A DNA stretch of 60,316 bases, filler included, from Sphacelaria rigidula (Eukaryota): the NCBI GenBank assembly GCA_964200075.2. It is 5 parts of 5 records of this genome, joined end to end, with 100 filler letters (N's around TTAATTAATTAA, not from the genome) between each part and the next. Parts side by side here need not be neighbours in the genome. Positions count along the whole stretch, not along the records: positions 1 to 11,987 come from CAXNAA020004270.1; positions 12,088 to 24,073 come from CAXNAA020004271.1; 3 more parts are not named here. One strand, written 5' to 3'. A program made the translations under genes and the position numbers. Below are positions 1 through 12,425 of this stretch, one piece after another (position 1 is the stretch's first letter; each line of letters begins with the position of its first letter). Below the pieces are notes generated by a model. That model made no database searches. It saw nothing but the letters and a program-made list of their open reading frames with translations, and had not been told where the DNA came from.

Positions 1-342
1 AAAAAATGGGGGGCCGTGACCAGTAGGGAAAACGAGGTGAAAAAAAAAAAAAAAGGTGTGTTTTTTCCCCGGCGCCCCCCCCGGGGGGGGGGGGGGGGCG
101 TTTTCATTTTTCTGGCGCTCGGGGGAGGGGAGAGGGGGGCACAGAAGTCACTGTTTTCTTGCTGGTCAAAACCCATAGTTCTCATACCCCCCAATAAGAA
201 AACATGGCGACTCAATTTCCTTACATCGTAAGGAGACGAGCAACGCCACAAGAAAAACACAAGAGTACTGCAAGTGTATTTCGTGAAAGCCTGATATACA
301 TGAAAACATCGTACGTCTGATGCAGACATGAGGCACACTGAC

Positions 343-2243
343 CGTCGCCAACTGCAGCGCCGAAGCAAGGACCGCAAGCGCCGGCGTTCGTAGCGCCGCG
401 TTGAGCTTCGCCAGTACTTCTGCCGTCGTGGTGACCGAAACCGCCGCCGCTGCAGCAGTTGCCGGCGTCTCATTCCCCACCTTGCTTGCGGCTCCACTAC
501 TACCCCCACGGGAAGAGGTCGCCGGAGCAGTGCCAGCGGTCGGTGCGCCACCGGTGCCACCTCCACTGCCCCGCAGCTTCCGCTTACCGCTGCTGCCTCC
601 CTTCTCATCCCCGCCACCTGCTGTGCGTGACCCCTTGGCAGCTGTCGGCTTCTTGCCCTGACTCTTGTCGGTCGTCACCCCAGCGCCGCCATGCTTGTCC
701 TTGGTAGCTCCACGGGCACGTACTGGTGCCCGCGGCGGTTGCCCGCTGCCGCGGGAAACACCACCGTGGACACCGCCGCTGTACCCACCTACGCCTTGCT
801 CGACATCCACGACTTGCCCTAGCAGCTCAGACATGAGCGCTTGAAGAACCTCGGGGGATGACGGTCCCGCTGCAGCCGCCGTTCCCGCCACCGCGGCGGC
901 GGCGGCCGGGGTGCCGACCGCTGAGCCGGATGAAGCACCCACATTACTCGTACCAGCCGCCGCTGCCATTACTGCCGCTGCAGCAGCGGCGTTGGAATCA
1001 ATAGCGCGAACAAGTGCCCCGGCAGCACTCCGCGCCGTTCCTGCCGCACGGGGCATGGCGATCAAGACCCCTTCCTGATCGTCATCGCCATCTTCTTCCG
1101 TCCCCCACCTTCGAATGACCAGCACATTTGGCCGACGCGGCGGCGGGGACGAAGATGCGCCACCGCCGCCGCCGCGACCGTCCCCACCGCCACCAAGGTT
1201 TGCGTTTGCCATTGCGTTGGTATTGGCGGAAGTCGACGACGTCGCGGAACCCGTTGGAGGCGAGGACGAAGGGGCGTTGGGGGAGATTCGTGGAGGTGAT
1301 GAACCCGCGACTTCAAGCGCCATCTGGACGAGCGAGCACAAAATATTTTGTATGTTATCACTGCCAGCACCAATGATGTCGTTACCGACACGTGTAGAAG
1401 CGGGGCCCGCCCTTGCCCCCGCCTGGGCTGGCGCCGCCACCCCGGGCGCTGGCGACGAAAGCGCGAGGTTGGCGGCGTCGTCCACCTGCATGTCGGCAAC
1501 GGCTTCAGGCTTTGATGCCTCAGAGGCCGCGGGTGCTGAAGAAGAGAACGCACCGGCAATCACTTCCTGGCAAACACGCTCGACTGCCTTTCGGGTGGCG
1601 GCATTACGTTCGGCCACAGCACGAGCAGTGGGCCCCTTCCCAACGTCAGCGCCTGCAGCACCATTCTGCCGTCGAGTGCCCTTTGTTTGCTTGTCGCGAG
1701 GCGAAGAGACCCCTGCCTTCCCGCTTACAGCTGGCAGCGCGGACGTTCCACTACCACCCCCGCGGGCAGAACTCGGGCGGTCCCCTTTGGAACTGCCGGG
1801 TCCACCCACAGGACTCAACGAGCTTTTGCCACTGCCCTTTTTTGCCCCTTCTGACGATGAGGGAAGGGGCGACTGTTCAGACCAGCCCACCAGATATCTG
1901 AGCGTCTGCATGCAGAGGACAACGGAATCCGATGCCGCTGTTCGGGCCCCCACGCCTTCACCTTTGTTATCCCGACTGCCGCACCCTTGCTGGGTACCAG
2001 CGCTGCTACTGTCAGTCCTGTCTCCTGATGAATCACCCGGCGCGCCGGTACTGGTAGAAGTAGGGGCGCAATCGTCGCCATGTAAAGCGCGCATTTGTGT
2101 TCCGATTGTGCTCACGAGGGCTGGCAAAAGAACGCGAGCTCGGACAGCCGCCTCGGTTGAAGTTGGCGCTCGTGTGACAAGGGCTACTAGTAGACGCAGA
2201 TAGGAAACAGCGGCACTGACTCGTGAAGCCGAAGCGGTCGTAC
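343..2243 (-). CDS. UBR4/BIG-like protein, internal exon 6 of 6 seen (Ala/Gly/Ser-rich low complexity)
   Basis: Open frame inside ORF 166..2412. Acceptor tcag|GT ACG (phase 1, matches the previous exon end CCA G) and donor ACG|gtcagt. The gene continues beyond the contig end. Confidence 0.75.
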
Positions 2244-2645
2244 CTGATTTATTCAGTTCGACGGGGCGATGCCGTTGTATGTGGACATGCGGAAACAAAT
2301 CGCGTTCAAACAAGGTTCTACAACGAAAAAGAGAACGACAAAAAGAAAGCTCACGAAAGAAGCACACGGGATAATCGGAGTGGGCTTGGATTGCTTTGGG
2401 AAACCTGTGCACGAGGGCCCTGTGTAACTCTCATGCATGTACGTGAACATAACCTGAAGTATGCCATGGGGCCTCACGAATTGCGCTGTAAATAACTGTG
2501 ATCACTATCCGAGCGACGTTTATCGGAGTTCCGCGCAAACCCCAAACGCGTAGTGAAGACCATACACAAGAACGATCTTGCTTGAACCTTGCAGTAGTAC
2601 GCCTTTCCGACTTTGTAAAATTTCAGTTGAGTGAAAACTGGTCAC

Positions 2646-3360
2646 CTGGGGAATCCTGCGCGGTAGGACTGATCTGCCCTACAATCGACGGCAAGCGCTC
2701 CACAAACAGAGGAAACATCAACGATGACAGCTTGTTCATTGCGGCCGACTCCGCGCCTACTCTGGCAATACGGGCATCGGTGCGAGCGTCCCGCCCGCCT
2801 GGTTCCACCGCCGCCACTACCGCCGCCGCCCCTCCTTCCTCCTCACCGTCCACCCCCGATCGCTCGAACAAATCATTCGGCAACTGCCCTTCGAACATCA
2901 TAGTCAACAAAGCTGCATCAGCCTCGTCTTGCTCGCGGCCAACGCCATCTTCGTCAACGGTCATGGGTTGTTGCTGCTGTTGCTGCTCCTCTTGCTGCTG
3001 AGACCGTGACAACGATCGCTTCACTCCATCCTGGTCGCTACCGTTGAATTGGTCTCGACCATTTTTGTTGTCGGCGTCGCCGTTGTTGTTGTTATCGTCA
3101 TGGTCGTTGTCGTCGTCGTCATCGTCATCGTCAACGACCACCTCCCCCGTCTCCTCATCATTATCGATCTCCTCCTCTCCTTCTTCGTCCTCTCGGTCCT
3201 CGATATCATCTTCCTCTTGGTCCTGCTCTTCGGTGTCCTCATTGTCTTCCCCGTCTTCCCCGTCCTCTTCCTCCTCCTCCTCCTCCTCTTCATCTTCCTC
3301 ATCATCTTCGTCGTCCTCGTCATCCTCGTCGTCATCCGCGGTTCCTCCTTCTCCCTCCTG
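2646..3360 (-). CDS. UBR4/BIG-like protein, internal exon 5 (long D/E acidic tract, poly-Q)
   Basis: Inside ORF 2623..3399. Acceptor aacag|CAG GAG (phase 0; tandem alternative acceptor at 3357) and donor CCA G|gtgacc (phase 1). Confidence 0.72.
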
Positions 3361-5561
3361 CTGTTGTACACAACAACAAAACAACCGCGACCACCGCAAT
3401 AAACGTGCACGATAATACCCTCGTTGAGACCGCCACCAGTTGACCGATCGGCCAGTGGTCTACATCCAAGGTTTACAATTTTGATTTGGCTTGGTTCACG
3501 TTTGTGATTTTACCTTCAAAAACGATATATACTGTATATATACTTTCTCCGTTTTTTTAATCTGGTAACTTATGGTTGTACGAGCCCTCAACGGTGTGAT
3601 ATTTGATTTTCGATCTTTTTATTGCATTCGTCGGCGTTTTTTTGAGCTGAAACCAACACTGTTTCTACAACGTGGGTGCTTGAACCATGCAGCCACGCGG
3701 CCGAGAAAAAGTAGGTCGGTCCAAAAAAGGCTCGATTATGTGTACCCATCCTGTTTCGTTCTCATCACCCAGTCAACCTGTGCGCAGAAGTGATTTGACA
3801 TTTTATGGGGGAAAGACGCAGTTGCGTCGACGTGTTTGGAACAACGGGGGAATTCTGATATGGACTCGGTATGATGCGGTGACTACGTTGCGGCAAGTGG
3901 TGGTGTTGGCTGGGCTAACGCCTGCAGAGTTGTGAATTGGTGGCACCAGACACTTGTCCGCAGCAGGAATGACCTTAAGGATGTTGCAAAATAAGGTACG
4001 AGTAAATGCTATTCGCGGTTTGGGGTCAAAAGCTTTCGCCGATCGGCGTAGAACTGGGATCAGTAGCCGGGTCAGGGCACGGATTAGAGGAACGAGTAGA
4101 GACCTCATTGGGGAAAGGCGGATCATGACGCCGAGTTATATGATGGATGCTACACAAAAATAGTGGCGATGAAAGGGATACGGTAACATACGGTAAATGA
4201 CTGGATAAGTGAAGAGTAGTACAGTCATGTGTCAACGAAGAGGATTGGATGGCGGAATTGGAGCCGAGACTAAGTTGTCGGTCACATGTGCACGGAAGTG
4301 TCTTGCCCCCACGGAATGGATTGCATTGGTGTGGCGGGGGAGAGCGTAGGGGAGACATGTTGTATCCGCGCGTCGGCTGAAGCTCTTGTGGAGGCTGGTG
4401 CGACTGCGCTCAGCGCAATCTCCAGATGGGAGCCAACCGTCGGATACGTGAGGAATCACACTGTTTTAGAACGGGTGATTCATGAGGTTTTCCCTACCCA
4501 CCCCCCACAAGCTGGGTTGGGGGCGGGAGTGCATAATGTGACAAAATTCGAAAGCAACTGCACAAACAGCCATTTTTCGCTCGTTTTCTCAGGAAAGCAT
4601 GAGAGACGCGGGAACACAAAAAATCGCGAAAAATGGGCCATAAAATGTGAAAATCGCGAAACCACCACTGATTTTGGACATGCCCGTGACATTAACGTAC
4701 GCACGCCCCATCCAACATTTTGTTCGCAAGTAGTTGCTAGAGTTCGGCGTAAAAACGTCCAAAATCCATCAATGATGGGGTATAAATGGATCAAAAAGGG
4801 TCAGAATGGGTATATTCGGACACTAATTTAGTGTAGATGAAAAACTTTTTTTGTTTTGTTTTTTGCATCACCTTCGTTTGCAATTTATCTTTTTAACGAA
4901 CACAACTATAGGATGATCGTCAACGTTTGAACACACAAACGATCAAATGCCGATAAGTTTCCAGACTTACGGGACAGACTTACGGGACAGAGGAAGTATA
5001 TACACACCACGATTCACGGATGGCAGACGGACCACGCCGATGTGGCTTCGTGAGACCATGAGAAGAACGACATTCGTTCCAGCTCAGACCCAAATGTACG
5101 CTCAAGTGGCCCGGAATCAAAACGAGCACTTCAAGAACGATTGCAGTCACCCGACAGGATCTCGCACTCTTTTCCAACAACGATAGAAACGTGCGTGTAG
5201 GGGGGGGGTTCAGATTCCATGTACCATTGCAATACCTGGGGTCAAGAAGAATCATCAAAACCCAACATACGAATCTCGCCAGTGGCAAAACATCACCTGG
5301 ACAAGGACGTCACGTCATACATAGCCACTGGAATTGAAAATCAACCTGACTGCTCGAATTTCGGGTTAGGATGAGGATATCGCGCCAGCAATATTCAGAT
5401 ATTCGGGTCAGGGTATGTGGCCCCTCGAAAATAGATTGAATCGATCAGGGTTTTTCCGCAAATACAGGGTATTGTGCAGTTGAGAAAATCAAGATCGATG
5501 TAATCATCAGTGCGCGGTACTATCAACAGTCATTCACCATAAATGAACATATGGATAATAC

Positions 5562-5689
5562 CTGATCCTCGCCGTCCTCGCCGTCTTCGTCTTCATCTTC
5601 CTCTTCTTCCTCCTCTTCCCCACCGTCTTCGGTCCCCTGAACCTCTGCGTCGCCACCGGCCCTCGCTTCGTCTCCTTTCTCTGGTTCTC
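5562..5689 (-). CDS. UBR4/BIG-like protein, internal exon 4 (GEPEKGDEARAGGDAEVQGTEDGGEEEEEEEDEDEDGEDGEDQ)
   Basis: Acceptor taaacag|GA GAA (phase 1) and donor CAG|gtatta (phase 0); 128 nt. This frame is not in the ORF track. Confidence 0.7.
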
Positions 5690-6013
5690 CTGTTTACGGC
5701 GACGGCGGGAAAAACAAGGAAGTAACACTTACAACTTGCAGCTTTTGTTGGGACAGCTTGAGCAACGGGTAGGGACACCTGCGCTCGTTATATCGACGTG
5801 AAGCTTTTGTCAATTTTTTTCATCACAAGGCAGTCCAGCAAAACATCCCAAGCGGATGATGCCGGTCGCGTTGTGTTGTTGTAAACCGGTTGTGGGCGTG
5901 ATCGCCGGATGCATAGATGGACCCCAGCCAGCGCAACGACGAAACACAGGCAACGAAGTTGGCACAGAGCACGCGAACTCTCCTGACATACGACAGTAAG
6001 GCCGCTACTTTTA

Positions 6014-6465
6014 GACTGAAAAAAAATCTGTCTGAGAACTGCCCTTTTGAACCCTTATACGGATTATTGGCGGGATACGGGCCTTGGCGGGTTTGGCCTC
6101 CTCGGAGAGATTTGCTATATGTTCCACGAGGATTCTAGCGCACTTTTCCGATTGTTTGTACGCCCAGTTTCATCTATGACCGGATCCTGATTTTTTTCAG
6201 TCGCCGCGAAAATCGTCCAGTTGTTGGGGAAAATACGTACTTTTCCCCGACAACTCGAAGTTTGTTGGGGGTGACGGAAAAAAATCAGGATCCGGTCAAA
6301 GGTAAAACTCGGTATACAAACAATCGGAAAAGTGCGCTAGAATCCTCGTGACACATATAGCAAATCTCTCCGAGGAGGCCAAATCCACCAAGGCCCGTAT
6401 TCCGCCAATAATCCGTGATGAAGGGTTCAAAAGGGCAGTTCTCAGACAGATTTTTTTTTTCAGTA
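6014..6465. mobile_element. Intronic foldback/MITE with ~190-bp inverted arms, flanked by TA on both sides
   Basis: actgaaaaaaaatctgtctgagaactgcccttttgaaccc... at 6015 is the reverse complement of ...gggttcaaaagggcagttctcagacagattttttttttcagt ending at 6464. TA lies at 6012-6013 and 6466-6467. Confidence 0.8.
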
Positions 6466-6669
6466 TATAAGAAGCGGCTTAATGAATATATCCTCGCACC
6501 ACCGACGCATGCGAACCGAGCACAGACGAAGGAAGGCGGGAGGGGACACAGCGCTTCTTCTCCTGGGAAAGGGCAACAGTAGGTGAGACATGAGCAGGTG
6601 AGCTGGCCGTTGAAAACATGAAAATTTAGCATTTCTCTTGAAAAAAAGAGTCACGTAAGCACACCCCAC

Positions 6670-6784
6670 CTATTGCATCCTGCTGCGCGTTGGTCCCATC
6701 CGCGCCAGCGGGATTGGATAGCGACGGGCGTTCCTGATCTCCACCGGCGGGCTGCTGCCTTGTGGGCGGTGGTGCTGCCCTCAC
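6670..6784 (-). CDS. UBR4/BIG-like protein, internal exon 3 (VRAAPPPTRQQPAGGDQERPSLSNPAGADGTNAQQDAI)
   Basis: Acceptor gcgtag|GTG (phase 0) and donor ATA G|gtgggg (phase 1); 115 nt. It exactly bridges the phases of the flanking exons. Confidence 0.65.
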
Positions 6785-7532
6785 CTACGCATGTGATGCG
6801 CAGAAATCATGTTTAGGTACGGATCTTAGTGTTGACACGTGTGCGTCTCCGATCCGAGGGACGACTGGATGGTACGACAATAACGTATTTTCTCAGCAGC
6901 GCGATATATTAGAAGACGGCCTTGCACTTTCAACAACTGTTGAGGCGCCAGACCTCTTTTCGGAACAACATCACCCGCTGGCTTTCAGCGCTGGTAACCC
7001 CGACGCCATAGCTGAGCAGATCTCCGTTGTGTGCGCGCACCATCCGCAAGTGACAACACACCCTGTATCCCATCGCCTCCAACCCTCGACTGATGCCTAT
7101 TATTTTACTTGTTTTTCACGTTGTCTCAGTGGTTCACCCAGCTTCCAGGTAATAGTGTTTCGCATTCTCGAAGATGACGATATGAGCGCTTGAAATACCC
7201 ACGGTAGGCATAGCGGCCAACCTATCAGGATAGACCTGGCTTATCCCAACTCTGAGCAGTTTTCAGAGGAACCTACCTGCTGGCTTATTTTCGTTTACCG
7301 TAGAATTAGAATTGTGATGACTCATCAAAATCCCAACTGAAGTCGAGCAAGGTCATGATTCACAGAAAAACGACAGCGAGTGACAAGATCTCACGTCCCA
7401 CGACCTCTTCAAGTTGTTGCGGATGTATAACATGGCGTGCACACTTTGACGCAAAGCGCCGATACCAATGCTCACAGCTGGTTCATCCCTTGTGGCGATT
7501 GCCACGGTCAGATTCTCACAGCTACCACCTAC

Positions 7533-9787
7533 CTGCAGGGCCACCATGCGGTGAGCAGTGCTGTGTCCGCCAAGCATGACCACATTCCCGCCTTGGAATT
7601 GATTATTGGGCCCATGGAAGAGCTCGTAGCAACCAGGGCAGAGGTCGAAGTCCGCACACACCAAACAATGATACCTCACATGTTGCAAAGGGAAGTCGTT
7701 GCACCCGTCGCAGCGATAACATACCTTGCTCGCGTTCGCGGCGGAGGTTGCAGTGGCGGCTGCCGCGTTTGCTTCTAAAGCCCCTGCACTGGGAACGGCA
7801 CCGTTCCCGGCCGCTGACTCGGTGTTAGCCGCGGCAGCAGCGCCTGCTGCTTGTTCACTCGGAACCGCTGAGGAGGAGGCTGCCACCACGGTTGCCTCCG
7901 CCGAATATGATGAGTTGATTGCCGATCCTTCGGCGACGTCCATGTCCGTCCTTCCGCTGTGGCCGTCTGCGGACTGGGTAGTCTTCGCTCGCTTGGTCGG
8001 ATGCGCCGTTTCCTGAGCCGGAGACGACGTGCCGTCCAAAGCGGAATCGGGCGCAGATTCAACGCTTGCGACATGAAACGCTCTGCCTAGCGCCGCTTGA
8101 TCCGCCCCGTCAGCCGAGGCGGTGGCGACGGTTGAGGCTTCTGCACCCTCTGCAACACGCACACCTTGCCCGTTACACTCACTACTCACGGCCACACGTT
8201 CGCTCTGAGCGTCCTTCGCTATTTCCTCGTCGTTTCGTGGGCCGCCGCGCTCTTCCATGGCACCTAGCGCCCTGAGCGTTTCCATTGCCAGCTGGGCGGC
8301 TGATGCACCGCTATTGCCGCCGTCGTCTTCGCGACCACCGCTCCCCCCTCCTGCGATCAACGCCCGTCCTTCGGCAATCTTGGTTGATCGCCCATGCCCT
8401 CGTTTCGGGTTCGTCTTGTCGCCGCTAGGACCGCTACTGTTGACGGCGCCAGGGTCACCACTTGCGACCCGTGCACTGGTAGGTGCCCCGACTTCTGGTT
8501 CGCTACGCGCTTTGCCTCCTTGTCGAGTTGTAGCAGAACGAGAGGCCAATGACAGGGGTGCACGATTGGACATGGCAGACAGTCCTGCAGGACGCGGTCC
8601 GAGTAGCAGCACCGTCAACTGCGAGGCCGTCGCCTGCGCAACGCGCGCCACGTTCGACCGGAGCAGAGGCATGAGTTCTCCAAGCCCAGCGCGTAGAATT
8701 TTCTCTTCAGTCATCTTCGGCACCTTTGACTGGCGAGGACTGTCTTCGCCGTCCGCGGTGCCGCCAGCGCCCTTTGCCGCTTGAGTTGTTGCTTCACCGG
8801 TCACCGCCGCTCCAGCCCCTCGCATCTCGTACACAGCCAACCGCAGGATGTCGAACAAAACTGCCTCCATGCTCTCTCGGTCGTCGCGACGCCAGACACA
8901 GCACTCCCAGAATCTTTGCACCAGTGCAGGGAAAACGAAGCTTGCGCGCTTGACCTCTTCATTGTTATCGCTGACGGCGGCAGCACTACTCGTGATAACC
9001 TTCCCACTCGGGGATGCGGCGGTGGCCGCCGCCTCTGATGCCTGCGCAAGCGTCGGTGCGAGCTCGTCACGAAGGAGCTGCGATCGCCGGGCGCAGACCT
9101 TGCTGCACAATCGGGCGACCCTTCGCAACATCTCAGGCGACAGACACGCACCGATCTTCACCTCTCTTGAGTCTTCACCACCGTCAGCGAACCCATCAGC
9201 CCTGATGTTGCTGTTGGACCATACCGATCCCGATCTGCCAACGCCGAGGAGGGCGCGCCTTGCCTCCTCGACGTGGGCGTGATCCACGCGCGCATCGCGA
9301 CTCTCGGCGTCCGGCATGGCAACGGCCAGAAGATACCGTGACGCCTTCCGTAAATGGCGCCATCGCCTGGGCTTGGCGGCGAGGCAAGTGCTCCGCAATA
9401 CCGACATCGCTGACTGACTGATGCCGGCGAGAACACCATCTTCCACCCTGTGGTGTAAATCGTTCGCCGGATCGTTATCGCCGGTCATCTTCTCATCGTC
9501 GCCATCGTCACCGTTTACCGCCATGGAGGTTGATTCCTCTGCCGTTTCCAAGGCTAGCCCGAGCGCACTGCCGAGCAAGAGCGAGCATGCGCTCAGCGCC
9601 TCCACGATTGGGTCGGTAACATGTGCCAAGCTGTGGGTGCTGGATGCTTGGGTGGGCAGAGCGGATGATGGGGAAGATCCCGCAGCCGATGGCTTTGCGC
9701 CGCGCTTCCGAGCGTATACCTCCAGGGCATCGATTAGGGGGTGATTGCTGGCGTCGCGGCAGGAAGAGACACTGACTACGACAACTC
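7533..9787 (-). CDS. UBR4/BIG-like E3 ligase, large exon 2 with ZZ-type zinc finger
   Basis: ORF 7353..9809. ZZ motif YRCDGCNDFPLQHVRYHCLVCADFDLCPGCY...H..AH. The N-terminal VVVSVSSCRDASNHPLIDALEVYAR resembles the BIG/UBR4 motif ...PRIDSLEVYGR (recalled). Acceptor tag|GA GTT, donor CAG|gtaggt. Confidence 0.85.
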
Positions 9788-10015
9788 CTACACGTGAAAA
9801 ACGAAGCAAGCGAAAAAGTCAGGTGGCGCGATGGATTTTGTCAGTCATGTCACGGTTGAACCAAAATCGAGTGGCTTCCAGCAATATAACGATCCCCTGA
9901 AGAAAACATGGACCACTTGAAAAAAAATCGATGCAAGAGCAGCGCTGGGCAAATCTGTCAACAGCGAACTTCGTGAAACTGCCCACAGTATTAGTGGATA
10001 GGTATCATGACGTAC

Positions 10016-10151
10016 CGAGGGTGTTGCCGCGTTCAATCTCCTCTTCAGTAAGCGGGAGGTCATACCACTTCGTCACCTCTTTGTCCGTTTGTATTGTGCG
10101 CCCCATGATGCGCAGCTCGCGCGGGATATGATCAGTGGACGCGTGGCCCAG
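10016..10151 (-). CDS. UBR4/BIG-like protein, exon 1 of those seen
   Basis: LGHASTDHIPRELRIMGRTIQTDKEVTKWYDLPLTEEE resembles the conserved BIG/UBR4 segment VG..S..HIP.E..IF.R.I......WYDIPFT..E (recalled). Acceptor cag|CTG, donor CTC G|gtacgt, in phase with the next exon. Confidence 0.8.
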
Positions 10152-11041
10152 CTGTCGACCAACAACGTATATGATACAAGCATATACAATAAGCCACGAC
10201 AGGACGGAGGGAATAAGCAATGATGTATCAGGGCATTTTTTATTTCAACACGGTGCACATGGCGTCTGGTCAACCTTCCAACATTTACTCGTGCTCGATG
10301 AGTCTGCTCGGTTATGTTTGTAAGGGCCTTTGAAATTGTCCGATTTTCTTATTCGTTTTTTTAGGGACGTCTACGGTGTTTTTCAGTTCAAGCCATCATT
10401 TTTTTTCACACTCGCCTCTTGTTACATGCGCTTGAACGGCCGCAACGGAAAAAAAAACAGCCCGAAAGTGGTCGTCCTCGCCCTCACTGGGACTTGATGC
10501 TAGAAAGCAAGTGGATATAAATGTACTTTTTTCCTTCAATTTTTCAACAATCTGTGAGAAAAAAAAAGGCCGGGATTGGGTATATTTAGATCCATTATTT
10601 TACAAGAAAATTGGCTCTCCTCCAATTTTTACAGTAACATTGCTTCCTTTTTTCTGGTCGCACTTTGAACCACTCTCCTTCCTCGGGACGAATCCGTGGC
10701 CTCAAGGGATCATCCCATCCCTCCCCGGCTACGCTCTATACTATAGTAATCTTGGCCATAGCATCGATATTGAAACCGTTCACCCAAACGACCCAACACC
10801 CATCACCAAGCAGACTTGAGGGGCAGAGCAAGTACCATCGCAAGGTCTTGCAACAAATCTCGTCTCGCCGACCCCATCACGCAAACCAATAAAAAAAAAG
10901 ATGAAATAACAGCAGATCAGTCGCCAAAGCGTCGCAGCAAAGCTACATCAGCCCTGATGAACTCGCACCAGCCCTCAGACCGTAGAACTTGCGTATGCCA
11001 CCATGAAGCATCGTGGACATTCAAGAGCTACTATTAATGTA

Positions 11042-11251
11042 GGTATCTCATCTCAAACTCGGTTCCCCGTATCTTGGTTTGTTTAGTTATTTTTTTCAAG
11101 TGAAAGCGATGGCGATTTATCAGATGATGAGACCCCTTTGACCGCCAGGTCAGGTCCTCCTATGAATCGCCATCACTTTCACTTGAAAAACTAGTACAAA
11201 ACTCAGAGCCAGCGAATAAACCAGAGTGCCGAGAGCCAAGTTTGAGATACC
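11042..11251. mobile_element. Small foldback/MITE
   Basis: Inner inverted pair tttttcaagtgaaagcgatggcgatt / aatcgccatcactttcacttgaaaaa and outer pair ggtatctc..aaactcggttc / gagccaagtttgagatacc. Confidence 0.6.
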
Positions 11252-11591
11252 TCCAATAGCAGCGGGGAATATAGTAGGCCTGCTTCAACTCCGATGTCGG
11301 ATAGCCACACCCCTCACTAGACACCCACCTGGATCCGCACGGCTGCGATTTGTGTTTCCGGGCACCCACGTAGTGACAGCCCGATAGATCCCCCGTCTGC
11401 ACGAGGAGTGATCAGATATTCTTGGGTTTCCCTGCCGAGCTTCAGGCGCACCTGTTGACCGCCACGTCGAAACAATTTTTTGTTTTTTTACACACAAAAA
11501 AATGAAAACGTAAGCATTCCAACGGTCGGACGAAATAATTATTTGTCTGTAAATTACTTGATTCTAATGTGTTTGATTCGTCCCGTACGAA

Positions 11592-11680
11592 CCAATCCTT
11601 GAGCTTTTGTTTCAGCGTTGCAACCCAGGTACGCGCAGCCCAGGCATGTGGAATGGCGTAAAGGTTGCGTAGAGACCTTT
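11592..11680 (+). repeat. Dispersed repeat, also at 60225-60316
   Basis: gcttttgtttcagcgttgcaacccaggtacgcgcagcccaggcatgtggaatggcgtaaaggttgcgt closely matches the last ~90 nt of the window, on a different contig. Confidence 0.75.
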
Positions 11681-11987
11681 CTGACCAGCGGTCGAATTTT
11701 TTCTCCCTCTTTCGAACAATCAGGCCTAAGAAAGCGTGGATTCGGTGCTTCGAACCGGCGATGATTCGTCAGAACCGTGAAACAGTCAGTGCCAACAGCT
11801 GTTACATTTTCTTTTCCCTCGCACTTTAGACCCCTCCCTTTCCTGGGGATGAGTCCGTGGTCTGAAGAGATCAATCAACCTCTCCCTCGGTACGCGCCTT
11901 ACATTTTGGTCTCGCGGATTGGGTCAACACTCCCGCACCGCGTCAACTCACGTCACACAAATACAGTCGACTACTTTGTTTACTCAC

Positions 11988-12087
11988 NNNNNNNNNNNNN
12001 NNNNNNNNNNNNNNNNNNNNNNNNNNNNNNNTTAATTAATTAANNNNNNNNNNNNNNNNNNNNNNNNNNNNNNNNNNNNNNNNNNNN
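11988..12087. other. Artificial contig linker
   Basis: 44 N + TTAATTAATTAA (stops in all six frames) + 44 N. Confidence 0.98.
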
Positions 12088-12174
12088 GTGCTCGGCTTTT
12101 CCCATTTGGATTTACGTGAAGATTTTGCCTCCCGAAACCATGCACTTTCGGGGGGGGCTATCGTAGAAAGTGTC
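12088..12174. mobile_element. Partial copy of the 249-bp GACAC-TIR MITE at the contig start
   Basis: Ends in ggggctatcgtagaaagtgtc and matches the reverse complement of 39408-39495. Confidence 0.85.
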
Positions 12175-12425
12175 ATCTACTACAGGCTTGTTACAGAACA
12201 CCAGTGCACAAACTGCATTGTTGCTCATAATCAGCCGCTGTTCCTGACCTGAGCTCCTTGCCAAGTCAGCAATCTGCCGTTCTCATATGTTAGTATCGAT
12301 TGTACACGACTGTTGCATCTATTGTTCACGAAGTCACTGAGAACCACAACCCGTGCTCCCAAAGAGGTGACCACGGATATCTGTACGAGATTTGTACCCG
12401 TTCCGGCACTTCAGTTTCGTCGCTT

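Noticed and set aside
1-160. ORF 16..231 and G/C/A homopolymer runs
   Set aside because: Looks like low-quality contig-end sequence within an intron; no credible protein.
1115-2203. 362-aa plus-strand ORF and similar antisense ORFs over contig 1 exons
   Set aside because: Antisense shadows of GC-rich minus-strand exons.
5733-5778. Possible micro-exon VSLPVAQAVPTKAAS with AG/GT borders
   Set aside because: Splicing it to the next exon would create TGA across a 43-nt intron; the 6670-6784 exon fits the phases instead.
12032-12043. TTAATTAATTAA palindrome recurring every ~12 kb
   Set aside because: Artificial six-frame stop linker inside N runs.
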